From Mytilus trossulus (taxonomy: Eukaryota), in assembly GCF_036588685.1 (NCBI RefSeq), contig NW_026963317.1, positions 1,550,001 to 1,614,000 on the forward strand: a stretch of 64,000 nt of DNA, given 5' to 3'. Of this stretch, positions 1 to 13,512 are shown piece by piece. Positions within the stretch are counted from its first letter, which is position 1, and the number at the start of each line of letters is the position of its first letter. The position numbers were made by a program, and so were the translations under genes. Below the pieces are notes generated by a model. It did no database searches and was not told the DNA's origin. It saw only the letters and a program-made list of their open reading frames with translations.

Positions 1-3000
1 GTGTAGACACTAAATTGTTTTAAAAATTTGGTATTTTATACTATTAAACTAACGAAGAAAAAAAAACAAATGAAGAGAAAAACTTTTGGAACATTTTTTT
101 TATAGTTAAAAGTATCTTGCATTTATTAATAAATTTATTTTCTGATTCATATACATGGATTGTACTAACTAGCAGCTCTCAAGGGGTGCTCCTTTTACAG
201 AGGGATCTTCTTATAAACAATAGCATCAAGTATATATAGGTCATGTAGATATAATTTAATTATCAATTGTAATGAAATTACAAGATGTGCATCTCAATTC
301 TTTTAATATTATCATCCTTTATCTGCTCTTATTTCTAAGAGCTTTAGAAAAGAAAGCAATTCAAAGAATCCAGGAATTACTTCTATACATTTAAATATAT
401 GCATCGGTTATCACATTTCATATCTGTTCAATAAAGACATTTAAGTTATGCATATACTTCATTCGATAGTATCACTTGTAAGAGCAATATATAAATGTTT
501 TAATATTTTATTGTTCATGTAAAAGTATTGTAAAATATATGTCAGAATGAAAATGCATACATTTTTATATGTGAATAAATTGTATCTGTGAATGTGATGC
601 TTTGATATGAATGATCATTTACATAGTATTTTCCAACCACAGAGAAACTATGCAGTGTTACAATTTGTTTAAAAATAGCATTGAAATGAATGACAGATGT
701 TTAATCCATCTCTAAGTCACATGACTCAATATTGAACATCTATTAATCAACTGCACACAAAAACTCAAAATATCTTACATAAAGAACAATGTAGTTCATT
801 TAATCATATAATAATCAACTTTCAAGGTATTTTTGAACTTGGTGTATATTAAAACAGCAGCTGGAATCCTGTGTGTGTACTCTTGTAAATGATTGTGTGT
901 TGAAGTATTTTATGCTTAATTTAAGAAGCATTTTCTTTATATTGGGGAAAGAAAAGCTTAAGGTATAAGTTGCTTTCCAAATATTTTGAACACTATTTAC
1001 CTGTATTAAGCTGTTACTAATCCAAGCTTGGTTTGCCAAAGTTTTAACAAACCCTTTTTATAAGTTGTTCTTTGAATTCTCTGTAGTTAGAAAAGACAAT
1101 ATCATTTTGTCATTTCATCAGTATGTTGAAAATCGGGTATAGTAGATTAGATATTTTTATTTTGTATGTGTGTTACTCATTTATTTAAATAGAATGTAGG
1201 TAAGAAAATACAAGGAGCAGGGGAGACAATTTTGCTATTGAAGAAATGTGCAGGGTTCTATTTGTACAGTTTCAGTTTCAATATAGTGCTAGGTTAAAAC
1301 TTGTTACATATCAAATTATACACTGACCGCATGTTTGGTAATATTTTCTGAAGATATTTATTTTTCAAAGTTAAATATACATTTAAAATAAAGTCTCAAA
1401 CAACATTTGGCAATTTAATAGTAGGTGATTGTATTTGAACATAAGTGCTTACTATGATTTAAAATAACAAAACAGTTTTATGCATAGACAAAAATTGTCT
1501 CCTGATCCAATATAAATTTATTTCTTAAACCGCCTGCGTCTTTTGCATATTTTTTTTCTTATATTTTGAGTTTGGAGTAGAAAAAGCTGTAGAAGAATAT
1601 AACAGCACCCATTTGTTGAGTTTGTGATATTTTATACAAAAGAGTACTAACATATCTATATATATTTATTTGTCATTTTTCGCATGTTTGATTGAGTTTT
1701 TATTTTAGTTTTTGCATGTTTATGTTTCCATTTGTATAGAACCTACTGAGTACCAGTATCATAGAATTATAACATGTAATACCATATACCTCTGATGTAA
1801 ACATTGCACATGATCTGTCACATGACCTGTCACATGGTTTTCATAAAATGTCAGCTGATATAATTTTCAAAAACTAAGGATGCAGGTTAATCCATGATTT
1901 TTCTATTGCAAGCTTAGTTTTTTGACGTGTTTGCATGGCCAGGATCCAAGATATTTGAAAATGGAAAATCGAAGATTGAAGTGGCCAGTATTGAAATAGA
2001 AAAAGAGTCAATTATTTAAATGCAATTGCTTAATCCTTCTTTTTTGGCTTAGATCCTCCCAAATACATTTTGTGTTTTTGGCTTCCAAGATTTGCAGGTC
2101 TTCAGTGTACCTGAAAAAAGTTGATTCAGAAACACATATTGTGTACCTTAAAACAACAATAATTTGTTTATTTAACTTTGATTTTCATATGGCATTTTTT
2201 TTTTCATTTTATATATTGTAGAAACAAAATGAAGCAATAAACAGTGAAAAAAATTACTGGTTATAAAATACTGTAAAAAGTCCACAGTGTTTGGTTTTAA
2301 GTAGAAAACAAGTAAAGACTTTTCAATAATTTGATATTTATGTATAAAGAGTTTTCTATTATTCTATGATATATAACAATGTTTATATATGATATACATA
2401 TATATTAATGATTAAGAAAAAGAGACCAACAAATAGCCTATTTTTTCTCATCATCTATTTTGACACATTTCATGATGTCTGGCAAATGATTTGTAGATTT
2501 ATATAAGAATTATAAATGTCTGTTGTCAAATGTTTTATAATCATACAGATCATTAAATTAACCTTGCGTATTTCATATTTTCTCATCAGATGTATAAGCA
2601 TGCCTTTTAATCATATTTTTTTCATATCATATGTATCATTCTTGTAATTGTGAAATGGTTACAACATAAAACATGCCTGTGTTAACCAATTTTCTTGTAA
2701 ATGTTTTTTAAATAATAATTCATAATGTCAGGTCTTGAAAGCAAAATTGATTTCAATATGTATTTGGTATGTTAAAAATACATGATTTGCTGCAGGATGT
2801 TCCATCAAAACATAAATGTTACCAATTGGTGGCACTTTGAAAAAAGGGTAGCCATCTATACAGGCAAATTTATAATTTCTCTGACACTTTCACTGAACAA
2901 AATCACCCATCCCAGGGGCCATTTCAGCCATTTTGAAAAGGTGAATTCCCAACCAAGGATAAAAGGGGGGCCCAACAATATATTCCCATTGAAATGCATT

Positions 3001-4560
3001 GATAAATGGGGGGTTCCAATCCAACTTTTGAATCTGCCACTGCATGCATATTTTAGATTTTAAAGTGCTTTCCCAGGGTTTACAAAACATCTCTTGATAA
3101 AATAGGAACTGTATTGAGTCTTGAGTTGCAAGAAAATTGGTAAAAACAAGTATATAATTGTTAATGCTGTAAAATTTACCACATCTACTTACTTTTCAAT
3201 GAGCTGGTTTCAGTCTTATGTTTTTCATTTAGTATAGAACATAGGAGTTCGTTTGAAATAATTTAAGTACAAAATGTATATGAAGGAGGTTCTATTGAGA
3301 GATAAAAAGAAAAAAATATATTTCTGATATTATTGTCAGCAGTGTTCTTAACTTTCCAGAACTATAATTTTGAAATTTAAACTTTCATTTAAAAGTGTAT
3401 CTGTATCTTGAACCCTAAGAATCAATTTCATTGTAAGCTGAAAAATAGGCAACAATAAAACCCATTATCATAACTATTTCAGAAATTATGATTCAATTTG
3501 ATAGGGGATGAATAATTATAAAACTCAAACCTGTTCTATAGAATTACTAACAAATTTGCTATGAATAATTAAAAGAACAGCATTATAATTTCAGTAAATA
3601 ATTTCTCTGAAAATAAAGGAATATGATGTCAGAATTGTGTTTTATCATCAATTTATGAAATAAGAAAAATTTTCCTATCAAAACATTTAACTACAATAAT
3701 TTGACAGGATAACCTATATACCTCCTTCATAGACACAGTACAACACCTTTGATAGAATTTGACAACTTTTACTTTGTACATGTTTCTGATTGCACTTTTC
3801 ATTCATATAACAATAAAACCATTTTATACAATAAATGCTATTATTGTTTATAAACTTTAGTTCCTCCCATGCATTATGGGAATTACTAAATGACCCAAAT
3901 TTCAAAATATAGCTTATGAATTTTGAAGGTCAAAGTTGTTTCTATTCAGAAACCCTTAAACCAGAGGGTAATTAATTTAGTGTTATTTTTCTACAGTTTC
4001 AATGTTGGCATCAATTAAGATGACTAACTTAGCCATAGTCTTAATTTTCAAAGGTGTTGCTTTAACTACTGGTAGTTTGGCATAATCTACAATTTACACT
4101 ATAGTGACAGGTTAGTTATCAGTCTTGTAACATTATGATAACAAAATCATTTAACTATTTCACCAATCTTTAATTATGAACACATCATTAGAAGTCTTAG
4201 AATAATTTGGCTCTAGCTAAGTGAAAGTACATGATATTAAATTCTTTGTCATTATTTAAACTGTAAACAAGGCAAGATTAATTGAAAAAAGTACTGTAGT
4301 AAAAGCTTTGCTTCTGTTTTAACATGATATGTTCAGATGATAAATTAACATAGCAACATGTTGATACATATAAAGCTGAGACATGGTATGATTGCCAATG
4401 AGATATCTTTCCACCTTAGTCCAAACAAAAGACTTAAAATGACAAAATAGTCGGACCCTAACATTTCATTATCTAGTCAGGCTAAGTCTTCAACATTGGG
4501 TTTAAAAAGCTGAAGGATCACCAAATGTTATTGAATATGCTTGTACAATATCACATATTA

Positions 4561-4769
4561 CTGTGGATTCATTATTATTCGTTAGATTTCAATTTTCATG
4601 GTTTTTGTGGGAACAGGCAAACCATGAAATCAAATGTTCAACGAAATACATATTTTCAATGGATGTTGTATACAAAGATTGTAAAATCATCAAAATCAAA
4701 TATCAACTAATATGCAAGTTTTCAGCAATCCACGAAAATTGATACCCACGAAAATAAATGAATCCACAG
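4561..4769. mobile_element. MITE with TA target-site duplication (Tc1/mariner-like)
   Basis: TA|CTGTGGATTCATTATTATTCGT ... ACGAAAATAAATGAATCCACAG|TA. Confidence 0.75.
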
Positions 4770-6916
4770 TACTTAAAAACCCTCACGATTGTGGTGATTG
4801 ATTGGTTGACTAGTTGGTGTTAAATGCATTCTTTAACACTATTGTGCTATTTTGTGGTGGTCAGTTTTTTATTGGTGGAGGAAGCCTGAGCACCATTAGA
4901 GAACCACAACCTTCATTAGGAAAACTACCAATCCTAGTCAATTAAGATTTGAGTCAAGTGCACCTGCCACTTGCAGGATTGTAATAGGGCATAACTACAG
5001 AATAGGAAAAGTAATGCCACTTAAATTCAAACTTTGTGTTTTGTGGTAATAGTATGGTGTATAACTGGTAGTTTTCATACCATTTAGTTGTGGCAAACTT
5101 AAGTCATAGAACTTAAACCAATTTCAAGACAAAGGAAGCACAGATGGACAAGGGTAAAACTTAATGCCTCCTCCACAACTGCAGGGGCATAAAAGATCTG
5201 TATAATAACTAATATTGAAATCCAAATGTCAGCATACCTTTGTTCAGTGTTGCTGATATTGGTGAAAGAGGTTAACTTGGATGTCCAATAGAATATATAA
5301 GTGTACCTGGTCTTGATTTTTATAGAAGCAGAATAAGAACTTTGAGCTCAATTTTAGTAACTGCAGGAATTATTCGCCATGTCATAGTCCATCTACAGTG
5401 ATAACCAGTCTGTCAACTTGAAGACCAGTTCAAACCCCTTATATTGGAAAGTGTGTTCAACTTTGACTTTCTTAGGCAAGTATTGCCAGCTTTAATTTTC
5501 TGTTGCAGGTTGAAGTATAAGAGTTTTTCCAAGGCATTGAACCACTAATTCAGGCCTGGCCAGAAAGAACATACAAGAAAGCAAAAATATTTTAAACAAT
5601 TAAGTTCCTACAGCTTTAGTAACTTTGTCAATAAGTAGATATGGGACCTTGGGATATCTGTAGAAACCTTGTTAGAAGTTTATTTTGAATAATTGACAAT
5701 TGTGTGCAATTATAGCACAAAATATGTCGTCATATTTGTCCTGTAGCTAAAATCAGATGTACCTGTTTTTATACTTTCAAACTACCAGGAATCAGTGGGA
5801 GTATGTTAAACTTTTTAGCACAAGTGAGGAAAAAGTGTAGTTTTGACATGAAATGACTGACTTTATTTGTACAACAACAAAGAAGCTATGAACAATTGAA
5901 ATTGCAGCATTCATCATAAAGATTAATATGGCTAGTAATAAGTGTTTTTATTCCTCAAAACTCGGCAAACAAACCTGATCTAGTTTACCCACCACATACA
6001 AATACATGTGATTTTGCCTGTTCTAGATGAGGCTTGTGATAATTGAAGGTTGATAAATGATTGTGAACTGGTGTATTATTAATGAAGACCATATGTAGAT
6101 AGATAGTGGCCAGTAGAAGCATGTAACCAGGTGTTCCTGCTGTGTTGAGGACTCATTTGTGTCCATGGCTGTTTGGTTTGGTCCGGTTGTAGTCTCTTTG
6201 ACACATTCCCCATATCCATTCTCAATTTTTATCTTGGTGTCTTTTTATGTTGAATAAGATGTTTATTTTGTAATTTTATTTTCCTTGGAATAATACAATG
6301 CAAACATGTTATAAAAGAAATGGAGATGAAAACATCTGATTTATGTCTCTCTTTAATTGTATAAAATTTATTTATAAATGAAGGCAAATTTGTAAGTTTA
6401 ATGACATGATGTATAAACACAAGCATACACTTGGAATAAAACAGATTATTCCTCATATGGATTTCTGCATCCACACTAAATAGGCCATTCCACACCGATT
6501 CTTTTTTTTTTTTTAATGAACTCTCTTTTGACTTTTCATTTCCATACTAAAAATATGACCTTAAAAAAATTACAATTGTATACAAATTTTTATCAAAAGA
6601 TTTACAAATAAAGCATTAATAGAAAATACATAAATATTTGGTATAAAGACCAATGAAACCATTCCACTGAACATAAAAGCCAATAACAATGAAACAAAAC
6701 TTTTTCAACAATAATTTTTTAAGCTGAAATTGCCTTGATTATTCCTTTAACAAGTCGGGATACATTTATTGTGTTTTTTAAGATATCTATACTGCATTAT
6801 AAAGCTTAAACATCAAGAAAACCAAGAGAAATTATAATAAATTGTTCAGCACTATACATCAATTTTCCTGCACATAATGAAAGAAAAAAAGAAACAACAT
6901 TTGACTAGAAATATCA

Positions 6917-9631
6917 CTACAGCTCATCTTGTCTCTTTATATCCAACAATTCTACCTCAAATATAAGTGTTGCACCACCTAAAATGACACAAAATAGCAT
7001 ACATTATATATAACGGATTTATGTATATCTACATGCAACAATAAAAATTAAGTTTGAAAAATGTAATATTGCAAATTTTATAAAAGACAATAAATATAAA
7101 GACAGAAAATAGTTGTCTGAAATGTTGGTATGACACCTAAATTGTATTTATTTGTCACATTTTCTATCTTTGAGTGATTGGTGTTCATCAGATGGAAAAT
7201 AAAGTTATCATATAAGGGGGGGGGGGCAATACCTTTTTGTGTTAACCTGTAATGGCCCTTTTCAAGGTGTTGTTAACTGTTATCTGAAATCAATTTAAGT
7301 TGTTAACTGTTTTCAACCCTGTTTGTTAAACTTTTATCATCATTTTTGCATTTTTTGTTAACTGTTTTTGCCAAAATTGAGGTGTTGTTAACCTGTTAAC
7401 AGACCCCCTATATTGCCCCCTCTATAAACATGATTGACTTATCAATTTCAATGTTTGTACTTTATATGTTGTTTTCTCCACCTAATAAAATTACCTGGAA
7501 TTTTTGGTGGAGCTCCTCTATCACCATATCCCATATCTGAAGGAATGACTAATTTCCTTTTTTCACCAACACACATTCTAAAAAGAAAACGATAGTGAAA
7601 AATTGTATCTCTATCTTATTCATAATATTCCAAAAACCAGATACATGTCTATTCAACATTTGTTCAAGGGACACAACTCTTCATTTATCCTTCACATCTA
7701 TAGTAAAGTATGTCAAGATGTAATTTGTTTGTACGAACTAAATTGATTGACAATTGCAATATAAATATAATGTATAAAGAACAAAATGCATAGGAATCAA
7801 ACATTAACTAATTCATTATTGATATACAGATATAAGCATCAGTAGCAAATTTTCAAAGCTGATATCTTTCTTAATATTTATGACAGACTTTTCACTTTAT
7901 TTTTTTCTTATTTAATACACTGACACAACAAATTATCTTTTAATTCCAACATTTATTTAAAAAAAAAAATACCAAGCTTTACAGTAAATCTTTATACATG
8001 TATAACCTTTTTAAACTTATCCCAATACATACAACAACCCCATACTGTACGACTAATGCCTGTAAAACTTTAATGATAGTCTTTCCTGATATTAAAATCC
8101 TTTAACAACTTACCCCAGTAAACCTTGATCCCATCCTTTAACAACTTACCCCAGTAAACCTTGATCCTATCCTTTAACAACTTACCCCAGTAAACCTTGA
8201 TCCCATCCTTTAACAACTTACCCCAGTAAACCTTGATCCCATCCTTTAACAACTTACCCCAGTAAACCTTGATCCCAACCTTTAACAACTTACCCCAGTA
8301 AACCTTGATCCCATCCTTTAACAACTTACCCCAGTAACTTACCCCAGTAAACATTGATCCCACCCTTTAACAACTTACCCCAGTAAACCTTGATCCCATC
8401 CTTTAACAACTTATCCCAGTAAACCTTGATCCCACCCTTTAACAACTCACCCCAGTAAACCTTGATCCCAACCTTTAACAACTTACCCAAGTAAACCTTG
8501 ATCCCATCCTTTAATAACTTGTCCAGCTCCTAATGTAAATACAAATGGTTCTTTCCTTGGTATACTGCTGTCAAATTCTGTACCATCTTCTAATTTACCC
8601 TGAAATTTATTAAAACATTTTCTGATTCTATGCATGACGTGATAACACATGGATGAACAGCTAACTAATAGAACCACAAAAAAACAAAATATACAGAGCA
8701 TTTATGAAACAAATTAAACTTTTGGTAAAAGAATAATTTTTAATGCATCAAGTGCTCTTATACTGGAATGATATTAGTTTAATATTATAATACACTGTAC
8801 TTTAAAAAAAGAAATTTAAAAAAAAATCTTATTAAAGATTTTATCCTGCCAACATAGTGACATACATATTTTTAGTAATTATTTTAATCTATTTTTGGAA
8901 TGTAGTTTTCTTTCTTGTTATTTTTTCTTAAATTTGTGTTCAAATCTCAACTGATTTTTATACATTCAACACTGACAAATATGGTGTTTTTTTTAAGTGT
9001 ATAATGTCAGACATTGTACATGAATTGATACATCGCATAAACAGGAAAATTAGGAAGCTGTTTAACATGTTTATTTTGTTTTAAAATGCCTTCAAATACT
9101 CAATGTGAGCAAACCCTATATGTGTAGAGTTTCTCCTTACATGTATGATCATAATAAAGAAATTGTTTATTTTTCGAAAAAGATAAGGATTTTCTTATCC
9201 CATGCAAAGATTACCTTAGCTGTATTTGGCACCATTTTTGAAGTTTGGGTCCTCATAGCTCTTCGGCTTTTTGCTTGTTTGGCTTTATAACTATTTTGAT
9301 CTGAGCGTCAGTGATAAGTCTAAAGTTATGTAGACCAAAGGTGTAGTAAATTATATGGTACCTTTGATAACTATTAATTATACAGTATATAAAATATGTT
9401 CATGACGTATGTATTGGTAATAATTTTTGTTCTTTTAGATGTACATGTGTATTATACACTTACAGTATAATGCATGTGTAGTGTATCTCCCTTTCTAGAT
9501 TTGACTGTACAGTTGTCTACCCTTTTCTTCACACCAATCTGTAATTTCTTCTTTTTCTCTTCCTCTCCAGCCCAAGCTTGTACAACCATACACAGCATCA
9601 ACAGACCATTTACAACCCAGCTTATCCTCAT
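6917..9631 (-). CDS. FKBP2: FK506-binding protein 2 (FKBP13), ER-luminal peptidyl-prolyl isomerase, 141 aa
   Basis: Coding exons 9631-9464, 8599-8487, 7577-7495, 6978-6917; all introns GT-AG and phase-consistent (426 nt). Protein: signal peptide [21 protein letters not shown], then [93 protein letters not shown], ending in ER-retention-type RQDEL. AATAAA on - strand at 6765-6770. Confidence 0.96.
7215..7423. mobile_element. Small non-autonomous TIR element with internal TGTTAAC subrepeats in FKBP2 intron
   Basis: TATA-AGGGGG..GGCAATA ... TATTGCCCCCTC-TATA inverted ends; several TGTTAAC(C)TGT copies inside. Confidence 0.6.
8095..8522 (-). repeat. 36-bp minisatellite (~12 copies) made from the end of FKBP2 coding exon 2 plus its splice donor
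   Basis: Unit on - strand AAGTTGTTAAAGGATGGGATCAAGGTTTACTGGGGT; period 36 (8101 vs 8137). The first copy is the real exon end ([11 protein letters not shown]|GTAAGT). Confidence 0.95.
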
Positions 9632-11913
9632 TCTGAAACAACATACATTTGTTATTTATACTTCTTAATGACAACCGCTCTATCATGACAGAACATTTAT
9701 CATGTTTATAGGTTTGATTGACTACATATCATGTTTCATCAACTTGGTAAAAATTGAAAATGTTCGATGACGGAAGCGACTAAAAGGGAGTATCGTAAAC
9801 AACAGGGCAACTTGTCTTCGCTTTTGGGGGTCGGGAAAAGCGAAGTGATGGTCGGGAAAGCGACTTCTTCGCACAAGTCACCTGGTAGCATGAGCCCTGC
9901 ATATGTAATTCAGTGATAAGAGGTGGTTATACATGTATGCTTTGTTTTATACAACCAATTTAAGTTCTATTGGTAATTTCATGATGGCGAGTTTATATAA
10001 GTGGGAGTATCCAGAGTGCCTTGAGAAAACAATAGAAATTTGATAGGATAACTGATCAATAGGCAACTTTCAAGTTTGATGCATTTCCTTCAAAAACTCT
10101 GGTTTTATTGAACATCTTTTGTGTGTTAAGGGGCATCGTCACTCCCGTTCCAATGTTGAGCAAGTGTTTGGAAAACTATAATACCTTTTTCATGTTTTTT
10201 CACAAATTTTTCGGCAAATCAAATTCTCATAATTGACAATCTGCACTGCTGTCATGCAGGAGTTGTGATGAAGTATGTACAAAACAAATATTATTTCTAG
10301 TTTATCCTGCACAATGACAATCACTAAGACACTTGATGAATGTAAATAGTGCAGGGATACAACCAATCCTCTCTACCTGGTAAATGAAGTCATAAAGGAG
10401 GACATAGTTTTTTTCCGGAAACAGAAAGTGGTCTATAAAAATTGAAGTACAAAGAACCTGTCATGTTCTTAATCTCAAAAAATTACTGCTCACATACTAG
10501 TGATGCAGTAGATTGAGACCCCAATTGAAGTTTGAAGATGGTTGATTGTGTTCAATTTTTTCTCATTTATCTTGACTAGCCATGCTAGCTGTAGAGTTTA
10601 TCAACTTTATTTTGTGCTCAACACACATTGTACTGTATGTACAAACATTTGTCTATGGAATACGTAATTATCATCAAAAACAGTATGTTGTACTCTAGAT
10701 TTCTTTTGGTGTTCATCATATTTAATCAGAGTGGCAGATCCAGAACTTTTTATATTAAGGGATGGCCCGTTGACTGACTTACATTGTAAGGGGGTCTCCC
10801 CAGTCATGCTTTAGTGATTCCCTATATAATCAACCAAATTTTTCATATTCAATGAAACAAGAAACAGGTGGGGGATTGGTGGATTAGGAAAAAATAACAT
10901 TCTGTCACTTTTTTTTCTTCTGTGTACAATTCAATATGACATTGTCCACTCTAATTACATACGGGTCATCAGCAGACAGAATTTGTTTGCACTTTTCCAT
11001 TGTGTTGTTGAACAGATATTTTCTATTTGTCAAAATTTTATGTGAACCTTAAGCTTTTAAATGTCCAGTTACATTGTACATTGTATGGCAAACAAAAAAA
11101 GTGTATTGCTGCAGCATTTGGTTGGTCTGCATACATTTTTAACTACAACTGTAGTTCATGAAAAAACACTCTAAATTAGACTATTCATATAATTTCAATG
11201 TCCTGCAGCCTAGCCAGACTGAGGTAAAAAAATAAATGAGCAAATTAGTTTCACAAATAAAGGCCTATAAAATATTTTGACTTTGAGTTTGTGAAAGAAT
11301 TTGTTTCTGTGATTGTAATCTGTCTGTATCTGTATCGTTACGTCGAAAGGTACCATTACTGGCTTTTACTCGACGGGAGAGAGAGCGCCTATTGACTGTT
11401 TTGGACAGCTATTTTGAAGGTCTCAATCATTTTTTTTTTTTGTCAATTGACTAAGTGCACACTATGTCTTCCTCCAGTTGGTTCCAGTGAATCACAGTCT
11501 TGATTAAAAAAAAATAAAAAAATCGGGAAAATTTCCCGAAATTTTTCATTTTTACTACATGTACTAATGAACTCAAAATCTGACAGACATTAACTTTTTT
11601 CACAGATCTACTTCCTGTTCCAGTTTTCCCTGCATTTGCACAGAAATCTACTTCCTTTTCTGGTTTTGTTTGCACGAGACTTTGAATAAAATATATATTT
11701 ATCAGTCTAGTAAAATATTAGATTGGAACTCGATACAAATTCATTTTTAATAATTGTTTGATATGAAAAAAAATTTACCTGATGAAAGGGTTTCTTTTGT
11801 TTACATTGAATATGACGTCATAACTTAAAGAACTTCACAGCTAGATCCCTAACAACAGAACAAAAGTTAGGGTATTTTTGTTTTTCCGTTGTTTTTTTTT
11901 ATCAATATGTTTG

Positions 11914-12218
11914 AGGCCATGGGAAAATAATTCATGGTTTCCCCTAACCCGACCGGGTCACTGTTTTACCGCCGGGTCATTCAATTTTTTTGAGAGAAAA
12001 AAAAAAATATTAAAAAAAAAAAAAATTTTTTTTGCAGAGACAACTAAATGTGTGTTGGAAGTATGCAAGATTAAAGTTCTGCTGTAGAAACAATACATAT
12101 AGATATAAAATTATGCATGGTTACAAAAAAAAAAAAAAAAAAAAAAAAAAAGCCTGCCTGCCGGGTCTTTTAAATTTTCCCATGTTAGGGGAAACAAACA
12201 ATTAATTTTCCATGGCCT
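11914..12218. mobile_element. MITE with ~35-bp imperfect terminal inverted repeats
   Basis: AGGCCATGGGAAAATAATT..GTTTCCCCTAAC versus GTTAGGGGAAAC..AATTAATTTTCCATGGCCT. Confidence 0.7.
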
Positions 12219-12640
12219 GGACAAGGACTTATATACGTCCCTGGTTTGAATTAAAAAAAATAATGCATACAGACTTCTTCCCCATACACCTAATCGCTAT
12301 TTGTTCGCCATTACAGGATATCACACAGGTTCCCGTAAAATTTTGATGTCATATAAAAACAAAATGTCTGACGCCACAATGGAAAAGTGATTGTGCATGA
12401 CGTCAAAAGTTCAAGCGGCCGGGTCAGCCGGGATTATAATAGCGATAAGGTGTATTCACAGCTTATGCCTGCCTCATATTAGTTTCATTGCCTATGAGTT
12501 GGTTTTTACTGAGTTATTAACTATGTTTGTGCTCTCATAGTCCACAAACCGTGTCGGTTTGATTTTCCTTTTGGTTTTGCTTTTTACCAAAAATTTGTCA
12601 GGTTTGATGAGGGGGGAAGGACCTATATCGGGACTCCAGG

Positions 12641-12790
12641 CAGGGGCAGATGCAGGAATTTTCGAAAGGGGGGGTGCTACCCAGGGCAAAGGGGGGGGTG
12701 CAAAACATATGTCCCGATACAAATGCATTGATCGGCAAAAATAAAGGGGGGGTGCCCACCCCCGGAACCCCCCCTCTGGATCCGCCACTG
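12641..12790. mobile_element. CAG(G/T)GGCGGATCCAG-type MITE nested in a CGGGATTT-subrepeat element
   Basis: CCAGG|CAGGGGCAGATGCAG ... CTGGATCCGCCACTG|CCAGG with a 5-nt flanking duplication. Related decayed copies near 2912-3042, 10730-10850 and 58479-58811; host family also at 49496-49695. Confidence 0.65.
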
Positions 12791-13212
12791 CCAGGTGTTT
12801 TTAAGCACGGGATTTCAGGATTGATCCTATTAGGATCTGGGAATTCTTTTTTATGAATGTCCGGACCTCGGGATAAAAATTTACGTATTTTTAAGCCTAG
12901 GATTTTGTGATTTTGTGTTTTTAAACCTGGGATTTTGGGATCAGTATTACCAGTCTTTAGCTTGTTCTTCTGGACTGTAGTTTTTTAAGTTCCAGTACTC
13001 AGCATTTTGCATTTTGTAATAAAGTAAAAAATTATGTTTTCAATTTGAGACTGCAAGTGTAAACAAGCTCACTCAAAACTCTAACATTACAAACAACAGT
13101 GCCACAACAGTGCCACTGCCACTTGAGACCTTGAGCATTCTAACTCTTGCCATCATTTCCATCAATTGTGAATTTCACAAAAACGCAAATCTTTAAAGGT
13201 AATTTAGCTTAC

Positions 13213-13512
13213 TTGTCTTGTTTGTGCTGTGTGAATTACTGACGTGTCGTATCTTTCTTCGTTCGCCGGTCAGTTGATCAGTGTTATGTTTGATCTTTCT
13301 TATCATGATAAATACTGTTATCAAGCAAACACAAAGATGATTTTAAGAATTATCCAAAATTATATCTGGTTTCTTTGGGGTATTTTAACCAGTACATGCA
13401 ATCACATATCGGGAACCAGTGCAAACGTTATACTATCAACTTCCGGTTAAAGCGGCGGCACAAGCCAAATATTTTGTAACTGCAAATAATCTATTTGCAT
13501 CAATTCATCATC
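13213..13512. promoter_or_regulatory. Probable bidirectional promoter region between FKBP2 and SNRPD2
   Basis: Locally CpG-richer; ETS-type ACTTCCGG at 13439-13446; minus-strand donor CAA|GTAAGC at 13213/13212 could end an FKBP2 5'UTR exon. The FKBP2 ATG exon begins at an acceptor TTTCAG|A only 1 nt before the ATG. Confidence 0.5.

Noticed and set aside
5380-5465. tRNA-like B-box (GTTCAAACCC)
   Set aside because: No cloverleaf; at most a decayed SINE head.
1-6900. Short ORFs and possible upstream gene or 3'UTR
   Set aside because: No coherent exon chain or recognisable protein; only AT-rich DNA with decayed repeats.
8070-8363. 97-aa ORF of [12 protein letters not shown] repeats
   Set aside because: Out-of-frame translation of the intronic 36-bp minisatellite.
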